The translations under genes and the position numbers were made by a program. From Candidatus Helarchaeota archaeon (GTDB taxonomy: Archaea; Asgardarchaeota; Lokiarchaeia; Helarchaeales; RDOG01), in contig JALGVI010000015.1 of assembly GCA_029838215.1 (NCBI GenBank), positions 1 to 45,103 of the forward strand: a stretch of DNA of 45,103 nt, written 5' to 3'. Positions 27,985-37,328 of this stretch are shown in pieces (position 1 is the first letter of the stretch; each line of letters starts with the position of its first letter). The notes under the pieces are model-generated. The model saw only the letters and a program-made list of their open reading frames with translations, did no database searches and was not told where the DNA came from.

Positions 27985-28470
27985 GTGAAACCAGAAGATA
28001 TTCAATCATACTTGGATGAGAAATTTAGTCGAATTGAAGAGCTTCCGCACACGGCAGATGTAAAATATCGCCTTTTTGGAATGAATCTCGCCGATGCATT
28101 TGAACTGGCAGGATATGTATTCACGGATACGCATGCAGACATATTCTCGGTAAATCCAATAGAATCAATTGAGATTTCAGTTAGTGCAGAGGACTTAGGG
28201 AGTTTACTTTTTGAATTCATCGATGAACTCATTTTCATTTTATCTACTAAATTTCTCTTGATTTCATATTTCGAGAATTTAACAATAAATGAGAAGGATG
28301 AAGGGTTTATTCTTCACACGATTGCTTGGGGGGAGGAGCTTGATCCTTCGAGACATGATTTGAGAACAGAGGTAAAAGCCATGACATATCACGACCTGAG
28401 CATTAAATTTGAGAAGGATAATCAATCGTTATCGGGTCCTGTTTGCATTACCTTGCTTTTTGATATCTAA
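27985..28470 (+). CDS. Archease
   Basis: EELPHTADV, DL..LLFEFI.ELI, AWGE, TEVKAMTYH, LLFDI; adjacent to rtcB. Confidence 0.93.
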   Translation: MKPEDIQSYLDEKFSRIEELPHTADVKYRLFGMNLADAFELAGYVFTDTHADIFSVNPIESIEISVSAEDLGSLLFEFIDELIFILSTKFLLISYFENLTINEKDEGFILHTIAWGEELDPSRHDLRTEVKAMTYHDLSIKFEKDNQSLSGPVCITLLFDI

Positions 28471-28750
28471 AAAAATCAGTCTTTTCATTGAAGGAAACGT
28501 CAGAAATCTGTCTCACAAGTCTTAAATATATTTCTTGATGTATATTTTATCATAAGAGGCATTGGTGCGATAAAGCGACATACTAAGACTAAGCAAGAGT
28601 TTTAAAGAATTACGAAAAAGATAGGAATTAAGAAAATTCTTATTTAAAATCGTTAAAAATAACATCATCTCATCATGTTATTTCACGAATGAGTTGATTT
28701 ACTATTTTATATCGTTCCTGTTGCCTGCATGGATAATGAGGTCACTTGTC

Positions 28751-30280
28751 ATGAGTAGAAGGCATCCAAGAAGAAGAGGAAATAGATATAGAGATAAGTC
28801 CTTTCGAGGTGGAGAAAGGAGAGAGAGACCACCATTTGATGGTCCTATTGATAAGATTGCCGACAATATTTATGAGATTTCGGAGACTTTTCGCCCTGGA
28901 ATGCGAGTTCCCAGCAGGATTTATTGCGATGATGTACTTTTGGAAAAAATGAAGAAGGATAATACTTTAACGCAAGCCACAAACATCACGTTCTTGCCGG
29001 GTATCTATAAATTTTCCATAACTCTGCCCGATGGTCATTCGGGGTATGGGTTTCCAATAGGAGGAGTGGCAGCAACAGATCTTGAAGAAGGAGTCGTATC
29101 TCCTGGTGGAGTTGGTTATGACATCAATTGTGGGGTACGGTTATTAAGGACAAACCTGCAAAAAAAGGAGTTAACGAATTTAAAAGAGTTAATGGAGCTC
29201 TTATTTCGTTCGGTTCCTTCAGGTTTGGGTTCGAAGGGTAAACTCCGACTTACGGTTTCCGAGTTAGATAAAGTCTTACAAACAGGTACTGAATGGGCAA
29301 TTGAAAGGGGATATGGATGGGAGGAAGACGCGATTCACACGGAGAATGCAGGTTGTATCGAAAATGCGAATCCCAGCTTGATTTCTGGTAGAGCCAAGGA
29401 GCGAGGATTGCCTCAGTTAGGAAGTTTGGGATCTGGTAATCATTTTTTAGAAATTCAGTATGTAGACAAGATCTACAATTCAGATGTAGCAACAAAACTG
29501 GGCATTAAAGAAGAGGGTCAGATTATGGTCATGATTCATACAGGAAGTCGTGGATTTGGTCATCAAGTATGTTCGGATTTCTTGCGAATAATGGAAAGAT
29601 CAGTTAGGGATTATGATATAAAAATACCAGATAGGGAATTAGCTTGTGCGCCGATAAAAAGCAAGGAGGGACAACAGTATCTCCAGAGTATGGCTTGCGC
29701 TGCGAATTTTGCATGGGTAAATAGACAGATGATAATGCATTGGGTTCGTGAATCCTTTGAAAAATTATTTCATCAACAAGCAGAAGATCTGGACATGCAC
29801 CTTCTCTACGATGTTGCTCATAACATTGCAAAAATCGAAATGCATGAAATTGAAGGCAAGAAGGTGAAGGTTTGCGTTCATCGAAAGGGTGCCACGCGTG
29901 CATTTCCTGCGGAGCATCCAGAAGTGAACAAGGATTATCGGTCGATAGGACAGCCCGTGCTCCTTCCCGGATCAATGGGAACCGCTTCGTATCTTCTTAT
30001 AGGGGGGAATCGATCAATGGAATTGTCTTTTGGTTCAACGGCTCATGGAGCGGGTCGCGTGTTATCCCGTTCAGCAGCAACAAGAAAATATTGGGGTGAA
30101 AAGGTTCAACAAGAGCTCATGAAGGAAGGAATGGTCATAAAAGCCGCATCAAAGCGTGTATTAAGCGAAGAGGCTCCGGGAGTCTATAAAGACATTGATC
30201 GTGTGGCAAATGTTAGTCACAACTTGGGTATTGCGACAAAAATAGTCAGGTTACGTCCTTTTGGCGTGACAAAAGGCTAA
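28751..30280 (+). CDS. rtcB: RNA-splicing ligase RtcB with Arg-rich N-terminal extension
   Basis: PDGHSGYGFPIGGV, GYDINCG, GSGNHFLE, HTGSRG, HNIAK, HRKGATRA, STAHGAGR, EEAPGVYK; start probably at 28751 rather than 28694. Confidence 0.96.
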   Translation: MSRRHPRRRGNRYRDKSFRGGERRERPPFDGPIDKIADNIYEISETFRPGMRVPSRIYCDDVLLEKMKKDNTLTQATNITFLPGIYKFSITLPDGHSGYGFPIGGVAATDLEEGVVSPGGVGYDINCGVRLLRTNLQKKELTNLKELMELLFRSVPSGLGSKGKLRLTVSELDKVLQTGTEWAIERGYGWEEDAIHTENAGCIENANPSLISGRAKERGLPQLGSLGSGNHFLEIQYVDKIYNSDVATKLGIKEEGQIMVMIHTGSRGFGHQVCSDFLRIMERSVRDYDIKIPDRELACAPIKSKEGQQYLQSMACAANFAWVNRQMIMHWVRESFEKLFHQQAEDLDMHLLYDVAHNIAKIEMHEIEGKKVKVCVHRKGATRAFPAEHPEVNKDYRSIGQPVLLPGSMGTASYLLIGGNRSMELSFGSTAHGAGRVLSRSAATRKYWGEKVQQELMKEGMVIKAASKRVLSEEAPGVYKDIDRVANVSHNLGIATKIVRLRPFGVTKG

Positions 30281-30362
30281 TTTTTTTCATTCTATCTCAT
30301 TTAGTGCCTCGATAAAACTCGTGATATTTAGATTATGCAAAATAATTAAAATGAGGCTACTA

Positions 30363-30406
30363 ACTTAAATTTATTAAGTCATAACGAAAACTTAATAATT
30401 TTAAGA
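30363..30406. promoter_or_regulatory. Two CTTAA-N5-TTAAG palindromes upstream of the roadblock operon
   Basis: ACTTAA-attta-TTAAGT (30363-30379) and ACTTAA-taatt-TTAAGA (30390-30406). Confidence 0.45.
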
Positions 30407-30482
30407 TTCAAAAACGATTCACATAGGAGAAAAGTAAGAATCTAAATATTATTCATGATATTTCACATGCTTGGTGGATTAG

Positions 30483-30941
30483 ATGGGTACTAAAAACATA
30501 GAAGAGAAATTAAAAAAAGTTCTCATCGAATTAATGGAAAAAACTTCTATCTACAATGCCGTGGTAGTGGATAAAAACGGGTTGCCCATCACGTCGTGGG
30601 ATGGAAAAAAAAATCAACCAATGGAAAGTGAAATTGAAATATTGGCTGCAGGTATTAGTTCTAGCATTCTGAATTTAAGCAAAAACATAAACCACATGAT
30701 GCGGATTAATCACGGTGATTTACAACAGATGATCATCGAAAATAAAAAGGGAAAGACAATTATTTGTGAAGCGGGTGAGAACTCACTAATAATTAGCAAT
30801 GTACCAGCGGATGCGTCATTAGGCATTACATTGCTTGCTTTGAAAAAAGCCGCAAAAGACGTTAGCAAGTTACCTGTCGGTCCTAAAGAGGTAAAAAAGA
30901 TTCCTGCAGATTTTGATTTTGAAATTCCCACTATTGATTAG
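30483..30941 (+). CDS. Roadblock/LC7 (MglB/LAMTOR-like) protein
   Basis: AVVVDKNGLPITS, LAAGISSSI, QQMIIENKKGK.II.EAG, ASLG..LL.LKKAA. Confidence 0.9.
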   Translation: MGTKNIEEKLKKVLIELMEKTSIYNAVVVDKNGLPITSWDGKKNQPMESEIEILAAGISSSILNLSKNINHMMRINHGDLQQMIIENKKGKTIICEAGENSLIISNVPADASLGITLLALKKAAKDVSKLPVGPKEVKKIPADFDFEIPTID

Positions 30942-30949
30942 GTGATTTC

Positions 30950-31237
30950 ATGAAAAGTTCACGAGATATCTTGCAGTCATTTTTTGAGCTTTCTGCTTCA
31001 ATGGAAGAGAATCCAGAAATTAAGAAAAGGATTGATGCTTTTATTGCAACGTTCAATCGCAGGGATCTTCGAAAAGCCAGTACGCGCATCCGAATTTGGA
31101 AGTTTTTAAACGATCTTCGAACTAAAGCCAGTCCAGACTTGAAAGATGGTTTTGAAGGTATTATGGCAGATTTGACAGTAAAATGGGAAGGCTCCCTTAA
31201 CCGGGCCTTGCGTGAAAACAAAATACGCGAAGAGTAA
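30950..31237 (+). CDS. Small helical hypothetical protein
   Basis: AGGTGA RBS; 8 bp after the roadblock stop and 5 bp before the next start. Confidence 0.75.
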   Translation: MKSSRDILQSFFELSASMEENPEIKKRIDAFIATFNRRDLRKASTRIRIWKFLNDLRTKASPDLKDGFEGIMADLTVKWEGSLNRALRENKIREE

Positions 31238-31242
31238 CTCTA

Positions 31243-32526
31243 ATGGAACCAATAGAACTTATTTTTAAATTACGTGAGGGAATAGACGAAACTAACTTCC
31301 AAATAAGCGATTTAAAAGACCAGCTTTCAGCAGGAAAACTATCCATTAAAGAACATGAAAAAAAGAAAAAGAAGTTAGAGAAATATATTGCTGAATTAAA
31401 TGCAAGAATTGATGTAATCAAGAAGAAGTTTTCACCATTACAAAAATACGTGTTGAACCAGACCGATGAGGTTCTCGAACATTATCAAGCAGAGTTGGAT
31501 CTCACGCAAATTGGCATTTTAAAGGTTCTTTTTCTGTTGGATCAAGAAACGTATTTCATAGTTCCCGTAGATTTTCGCGACCCAAAACATGTAAAAGTCG
31601 AATTTCCAACCGAGTTGAGTGATTTAATCGGATCGGCAGATGAATTGCAAGCATTAAAAGAAGTTCCCGCAGATGGATTCCAAGTCAAAGTCATCCTTGA
31701 TGAAATTCAAAGCAGGTTAAATTCGAAACAAGACATGTTCAATGAAATCGACTTGCTTTCCGAGCAATTTACCATTTCAAAAACATCTTCAAAAACACGG
31801 GTTGAGGTAACGCTCTATGGACTTGACATGCAGGAATTCTCTCTTTTCGTGGATGTCGGACCATACCCTGATCCTCCCGTACTTCAATTGACACCATCGT
31901 TACAAAAGCACGTGTCGCTGAACGCATTACGAATCTTGAAAAATTGGGATCCGCAAAGGTTTCACGTGTATAACGTAATACAAGAGATTTCGTTGATTTT
32001 AGATAAAAAATTGCGACTTAATAGGGAGATGGAATTATTTGAGAAGTTTAAGATTCCTGCAACTTTGGATGAAACGAATGGCATCATAAAAGTAGTGTTG
32101 CAAGAGAGTCCGCAAAGTCCTCAAATCACATTCCTCATCAAGATACCTCCAAATTATCCACACTCACCCCCATTAGTCGAACAAGTAAACCCCATGTCAA
32201 ACGAGGCATTGAATGAACAAATTCTTACCCGATTGAATCAGGCCACGTCGGAATATTTAGAATTACAAAATTTTGCAGAGGTCTTTTCAGAGATCTTGGA
32301 CATCATGAAAGAACATTCAGAATACGTGTGCGTTGAATGTAAGCAATTCAAGTGCCCAACTTGCGGAAAAAACTTGTTTAGTTCTATTGCAGGAGTCATT
32401 GGAGAAAATAATTGTTATCGAAGAACCAAGTGTTGTGGTGCCACGTTACATGAGTGCTGTTATAGGTTCTTTGTTGGACGAGACCATAAGTGCCCTGCAT
32501 GCGGAGCTGCTATTAGTCGCCTCTAA
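31243..32526 (+). CDS. Coiled coil + three UEV/RWD (inactive E2-like) folds + C-terminal zinc knuckle/RING
   Basis: YPDPP and NYPHSPP motifs; ALRILKNWDP matches the E2 C-L-x-I-L-x-x-x-W-x-P region without the Cys; CVEC-CPTC...CCGATLHECC...CPAC. Confidence 0.75.
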   Translation: MEPIELIFKLREGIDETNFQISDLKDQLSAGKLSIKEHEKKKKKLEKYIAELNARIDVIKKKFSPLQKYVLNQTDEVLEHYQAELDLTQIGILKVLFLLDQETYFIVPVDFRDPKHVKVEFPTELSDLIGSADELQALKEVPADGFQVKVILDEIQSRLNSKQDMFNEIDLLSEQFTISKTSSKTRVEVTLYGLDMQEFSLFVDVGPYPDPPVLQLTPSLQKHVSLNALRILKNWDPQRFHVYNVIQEISLILDKKLRLNREMELFEKFKIPATLDETNGIIKVVLQESPQSPQITFLIKIPPNYPHSPPLVEQVNPMSNEALNEQILTRLNQATSEYLELQNFAEVFSEILDIMKEHSEYVCVECKQFKCPTCGKNLFSSIAGVIGENNCYRRTKCCGATLHECCYRFFVGRDHKCPACGAAISRL

Positions 32527-32600
32527 AAGATATAACAAACGAAAAACAAGAAACTCATTTTAAGAGAAATAAAAAAAAATTGAAGGAATAAGTTGAGGAT

Positions 32601-33017
32601 TTATCCGCCCATATCAAGCCCTAATTCTTCTCCCACGATCTCTAAGATGGAGCGAAGAGCCATGGCTTTTGCCATTTCACCAACGATTTTAATATCGCCA
32701 GCCATATATGCAGAAGCAGTATCAACTTCACCAGTTAAAAGTCCAGAAGCAACATCTTCATTCATTTGGACTGTTACGGTGGGATTGTCAGGCATTCCCT
32801 CATCAGCTTTGAGTTTGCCGTCCTTAATCTCCATGTATGCAGCAGTAAGTCCTGGAACTTCCATGGCAATGATGACGTCTTCTTGATCTTCTAATTCTTC
32901 TTGAAGATCTTCGTTAGAAGCTGCTACTTCTTCGACGGCTTTTAAGAACAGGGGGAGTTTATTAGGATCGAATTGTTTTGATTCGATTAATTTTTTAACT
33001 TCGTCAACTGCACCCAT
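32601..33017 (-). CDS. Stand-alone SCP2 sterol/lipid-binding domain protein, copy 1
   Basis: EIKDGKL....G....PTVTV, LLTGEVD..SAYMAGDIKIVGEM..AM.L. Confidence 0.9.
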   Translation of the reverse strand: MGAVDEVKKLIESKQFDPNKLPLFLKAVEEVAASNEDLQEELEDQEDVIIAMEVPGLTAAYMEIKDGKLKADEGMPDNPTVTVQMNEDVASGLLTGEVDTASAYMAGDIKIVGEMAKAMALRSILEIVGEELGLDMGG

Positions 33018-33085
33018 TTTCTTTCACCAATTTTTTCTTTTTGATGTTTTTGGGTTATTTTTAATTAATAGATACGAGAGATTCC

Positions 33086-33101
33086 TAACTCACGTGAGTT
33101 A
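33086..33101. promoter_or_regulatory. Perfect 16-bp palindrome TAACTCACGTGAGTTA
   Basis: Read directly from the sequence; about 70 bp upstream of the SCP2 copy 1 start. Confidence 0.55.
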
Positions 33102-33367
33102 ATTTGATTTTGGTTCAACCTCTCGATCCGGTAATTTTCATTTGTCTGTGAAGACTAAATTTAGCTTAATTAATTCACTTAAAAGCTTTGCGACAAAAAT
33201 GTATCTAATTACAAACATAACAAAGCAGAAATTCATTGAAAAACGTGAAAAAAAAAGCACGTGAATCAAAAAAACTGTTTTTTTTGGAAATTAGAATATT
33301 TTCCATAAAATAATGAGATGTCAGGGGGGTATTAACAAAATTACCCGATAATTGGGCTAAACACGTG

Positions 33368-34405
33368 TTAAAATTCACGAATGTCGCCGATCTTTTCTAA
33401 TAATTTTCCGTGTCTGACCGTAATTAATTCCCAATCTTGTAACTCGTGCCATCCCTCAAGATGGGGATCATTTTTTTTCAAGATTCGATTGGTAAATGGA
33501 TCTGAACAGACTTCCACCATTGAACCACCATGATAATTGGTTGAAAGGAGATCTTCCCATTCACGAAGATAGAGATCAAGATGATCTTCAAGAGATTCCT
33601 TCCAAATGCATGTCCATAGGCGTTGTGTTTTTCGTAGATATCTCCGGACTCGTTTTCGAATTTGTTCGGAAGCATTTCCAAGTTTTTCACGTAATTCACG
33701 ATGATTTTTTGCGTTTCTACGGATAAAGAATAAACGTGATCGGTCTTGGTTACTTTTCTTGAAAGCATATAGTGTCGTTCCATCGGAGAAAAGGAAATTC
33801 AAGGTCAGGTGTTTTTCATTAGTATTGACTGCAACCACATCTTTTATTAAAGATGCGAGAATGGATATGGTATCTCGGAAAGACCGCCTTTTAGTCGAAT
33901 CTTGCAAGTATTTTTCTAAAAGAAAAAGAAAGACTTTTTCAGAATCAGTGGTTCCTTTTTGTTTAAGTTCATTAAGAGAAAGATATTTCGTGGTCATGCG
34001 GCCATTATGTGCGAAAACCCAATTTCTTGTTGATTTGAAGTTAGGGTATGCCCAAGAAAGAAATGGGTGGCAATTTTCAAGCATTGGATTTGGGCCTAGT
34101 CGTAAATGGGCTATCCCTGCATCGAGATAATGTTTTTCCATATGAATTTTTTCTCGCAAGGAATAGAGCGATTTAATAACTCGTGCCATTTTAATGCGTT
34201 TTTCAGGTTTCTGAATTTCATACCAACGAGCTCCTGATTGATGCATGACCACTTGCGGAACAACTTTTCCTTTTCGGAAACCAGCGAATCCAAATCCGTC
34301 CAGATTGATTCCTGCTGGTTGCCAAGTTTCGAGTATTTCGAATAGATATAAGGAGAGAGAAATGTTGGAAGAATTGCCAGTACTAAAACCGTAAAGCCTG
34401 CACAT
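33368..34405 (-). CDS. Class II (Ntn) glutamine amidotransferase, YafJ/EgtC-like
   Basis: N-terminal M-C-R, NLDGFG, IAHLR, ENCHPF, WVFAHNG, GTTDSE, LNFLFSDG. Confidence 0.88.
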   Translation of the reverse strand: MCRLYGFSTGNSSNISLSLYLFEILETWQPAGINLDGFGFAGFRKGKVVPQVVMHQSGARWYEIQKPEKRIKMARVIKSLYSLREKIHMEKHYLDAGIAHLRLGPNPMLENCHPFLSWAYPNFKSTRNWVFAHNGRMTTKYLSLNELKQKGTTDSEKVFLFLLEKYLQDSTKRRSFRDTISILASLIKDVVAVNTNEKHLTLNFLFSDGTTLYAFKKSNQDRSRLFFIRRNAKNHRELREKLGNASEQIRKRVRRYLRKTQRLWTCIWKESLEDHLDLYLREWEDLLSTNYHGGSMVEVCSDPFTNRILKKNDPHLEGWHELQDWELITVRHGKLLEKIGDIREF

Positions 34406-34525
34406 TCGTGATCACTTGTCATATATGGGGAAAAAAAGGAGCTGAGCCATATTAGAACGTGAAAATCATCGTGGCACTTTCTATTTGGATGAAGTAATCC
34501 GAGGATTTTTGAAACAAACTCAATA

Positions 34526-34939
34526 TTATGTCCCGATATCCAAACCTAGATTTTCACCAACAATTTCGAGAATAGAACGGATGGCAAGTGCTTTAGCCAT
34601 CTCACCCGTGATTTCAATGTCACCTGAGGTATATGCGGTGGCAGTGTCAAGCTCGCCACTCATGAGATTTTGAGCAACTTGTTCGGACAATCGAATAGTG
34701 ACCGTGGGTTGTTCATGCATTCCTTCGCCCGCAGTAAGTTTGCCAGCTTTTATCTCAAGATAGGAAGATAAAACGTCTTTAACATCGAGTTGTATGACAA
34801 TATCGTCCTGTTCTTTTAATTCATTCGTTAGTTCTTCATTTGAATTTGCTATTTCTTCTATGGCTTTCATCAACAATGGGATGTCTTTAAGTTGATAATC
34901 CTTGTTCTTAATTTTCTCTTTAATTTGGTCTACAGCCAC
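34526..34939 (-). CDS. Stand-alone SCP2 domain protein, copy 2 (GTG start)
   Basis: Closely parallels 32601..33017 (PTVT, GELD.ATAY.SGDI.I.GEMAKAL.IRSILEIVGE.LGLD). Confidence 0.9.
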   Translation of the reverse strand: MAVDQIKEKIKNKDYQLKDIPLLMKAIEEIANSNEELTNELKEQDDIVIQLDVKDVLSSYLEIKAGKLTAGEGMHEQPTVTIRLSEQVAQNLMSGELDTATAYTSGDIEITGEMAKALAIRSILEIVGENLGLDIGT

Positions 34940-35092
34940 AATTCCACGGCTCCTTGGAGTTCTTAGTTTAAATTTACGTTAAAGCTTTATAAATTTTCAT
35001 GCTTTGTTTTAAGGACAAATTGCCTGCGTTTTAAAAAAAAAGAAAAAAGAGCTAATTTATTGTAGATTTACAGCGGTTGAAGCACGAAAATG

Positions 35093-35656
35093 TTAGTATG
35101 GTCTTCCAGGGTGAGAATCTCGAGTATATTTGCTTCTTCCGCGATTTATACGGCCGCGGCTCCTATCATAATATCCGTCTCTATAACTTCTCTTTGGACG
35201 TCCATATTTGGGTCGCATGTATTTCTTATCTGACAGGTTATTGTCCAGACTCACCTCGGGGATTTCCTCATCGGAATCTTCGAGTTGTCCAAACTTTCCT
35301 AAATTTAATCTTAAATTGCCTCTAAAGATGGAAGTATAGGCGTTGATGATGTTATAACACTTATCGGGTTCGACTTTATCAATAGAATCATCCCACAACG
35401 TCAATATAATGGCTCCTGTTTCATCTCCAATTACAGCTTCAGCCACTCTATGAGTCGAACCATCCTTTTTGGACGTAACTTCTCTAATTTCGCTCTTTTC
35501 AACACATTTCACTTTTAAATTGATATTGTACATTTTAGGTCCCAATTCTTCTAAAACCTTGTATTCCTGCGTGATGGGCATTTCTGTTGCCGCTTCTTCA
35601 TCAGTAGATTCTAATTCTTCGGGACTTTCCTGAATTTCGTTATTTTCTTCGCTCAT
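35093..35656 (-). CDS. ssb: Single-OB-fold single-stranded DNA-binding protein with acidic N-tail and Arg/Gly/Tyr-rich C-tail
   Basis: HRVAEAVIGDETG.I.LTLWD, INAYTSIFRGNLRLNLGKFG; start probably at 35656 or 35665, not 35758. Confidence 0.88.
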   Translation of the reverse strand: MSEENNEIQESPEELESTDEEAATEMPITQEYKVLEELGPKMYNINLKVKCVEKSEIREVTSKKDGSTHRVAEAVIGDETGAIILTLWDDSIDKVEPDKCYNIINAYTSIFRGNLRLNLGKFGQLEDSDEEIPEVSLDNNLSDKKYMRPKYGRPKRSYRDGYYDRSRGRINRGRSKYTRDSHPGRPY

Positions 35657-35851
35657 TTTTTTCATCACGTTATTTCTAGTATTATTTTTGAAATTCCGGC
35701 TCAAAAAGTTCCGTAAAAGCTTACGATACAAAATTCGAGAAGGAAAATCAAAATACAAAAAAAAATTTCAAATTTAAGTGTTGTTTTTCCAGAGCATGAT
35801 TTATTAATTATGAATCATGACGAAGTAAAATAAAATAAAATTTATGAAGTC

Positions 35852-36646
35852 GTGAGAACGATGATTAAAGAATTATGGATTGTCGACAAGCAATCGGGAA
35901 CCACTCTCCTCCAGCGTGGTTACGGGCAGACTCAGACGAGTGAACGTTTAATGTCCGGTTTTTTACAAGCAATTTACGGACTTTATCAGTATGCGGAGTC
36001 GGAGTTGGCATCAGCTGAGGGTGGTAAGGGCTTGGAAAGCATAAACATGGTCGGCATGAGATGGTTATATGAAGAGAAAAAAGGATTGATTTTTATTGCT
36101 GCCACGGACAAGGAAACTCAATTGGAATTATTGCTAAGTCAATTGAACTTGATAGCTGACACGTTTATTGAAAAATTCGGCTCGCCGTTTGAAGCACTTT
36201 ATGGGGGGGGCTTGGAAAAATGGCTTGAAGGTGATTTTTCTCCATTCCTACTTGAATTGGATGATATTGTCTCGCAATGGGATCAGATGAAGCGTGTTGA
36301 GAATGCGGCAAAGGTCATGGATTTTCTTGACGTTGTTCAAAACGTCATGGAGCGATTCCAGAACTTCCCAGGTTTTGACACATTAATTGAAGGGGGGCAT
36401 CTCGACATTTTGGGACAGGCATTTGCAGATGGGAATTGGGACATGTCTTTTCTTTCAAGCATAGATGAATCCGACTTGCGAGAAAAGATCGAACGGATCT
36501 TCGGTCATATAATGGAATTCTTCATTTCCCAGGGCTTAGACGTTATCACGTTATGCAGGACATATCTTCATCCGTATTTCAAAACAGACTGGACGCGGAT
36601 AAAAGAAACGGGCTTGGACGATCTTTTAATCCAATTATTCATATAG
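35852..36646 (+). CDS. Longin-like domain protein with unknown helical C-terminal domain, paralogue B
   Basis: IKELWIVDKQSG..L, LMSGFLQAI, LESINMVGMRWLY, LIFIAA; homologous to 27025..27870. Confidence 0.7.
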   Translation: MRTMIKELWIVDKQSGTTLLQRGYGQTQTSERLMSGFLQAIYGLYQYAESELASAEGGKGLESINMVGMRWLYEEKKGLIFIAATDKETQLELLLSQLNLIADTFIEKFGSPFEALYGGGLEKWLEGDFSPFLLELDDIVSQWDQMKRVENAAKVMDFLDVVQNVMERFQNFPGFDTLIEGGHLDILGQAFADGNWDMSFLSSIDESDLREKIERIFGHIMEFFISQGLDVITLCRTYLHPYFKTDWTRIKETGLDDLLIQLFI

Positions 36647-36663
36647 AAAAAGATTAAATGTTT

Positions 36664-37302
36664 TTAAAAAAACTTTACTTTTTTATTACAATGAGGACAA
36701 ATTGTCATTCCCGGAGTGTAATACACCGTTTCTCCGCATAATGGACAGACCATTTCAATTTCTTCAACTTCAGCTTCTTCGAACATCTTCTTGCGTTTTA
36801 ATTCTTCCTTAGATATTTGAGTTTCGAGAGCAGATTTCTTTTTATCGGCCTTTTGTTTTTCCTTTTTTTCCGGTTTATCAAATGTTTTCAGAACATCAGA
36901 CAAATTTTGGATGTTGGTGTTTATGTACTCGGTGATCATGGGCAAGATATCACTTGGGATTTTCTTGAAGTATACGCGGGCTTTTACGGCTTTTTTCCCT
37001 CCTCTCACGATGCACAAGATGCTGAATTTTCCTTTTTCCACCTTGATTTTTTCCATGTCATTGTAGAAAATGCTAATCCCATCAAACGCATCCCTGTTCA
37101 ATTCTTTAACTTTCTTGACCTGACCAATGAAAGCCACTCGATTAGTGGTGACATAAAGATCTCCTTTTTTCAAGTTTCGGAAATCCAAACGTTCTGCAGA
37201 TGTTGAAGTTCCGCTAATTTCGACTTCAGGGACTGCGTGAGCAATTGTTTCTCCTTCAAGGACATATGGTTTTCCTAACTCGTCCCAAAACCTGTCAGAC
37301 AT
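36664..37302 (-). CDS. PH-like (GRAM/GLUE-like) domain + Lys-rich linker + zinc ribbon
   Basis: LEGE, GDLYVTTNRVAF and ISIFYNDMEKIKV follow a PH-like pattern; C-terminal CPLC-x12-CPHC. Confidence 0.6.
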   Translation of the reverse strand: MSDRFWDELGKPYVLEGETIAHAVPEVEISGTSTSAERLDFRNLKKGDLYVTTNRVAFIGQVKKVKELNRDAFDGISIFYNDMEKIKVEKGKFSILCIVRGGKKAVKARVYFKKIPSDILPMITEYINTNIQNLSDVLKTFDKPEKKEKQKADKKKSALETQISKEELKRKKMFEEAEVEEIEMVCPLCGETVYYTPGMTICPHCNKKVKFF

Positions 37303-37328
37303 GAAAACTTCTCCTTTTTCACGATAAA

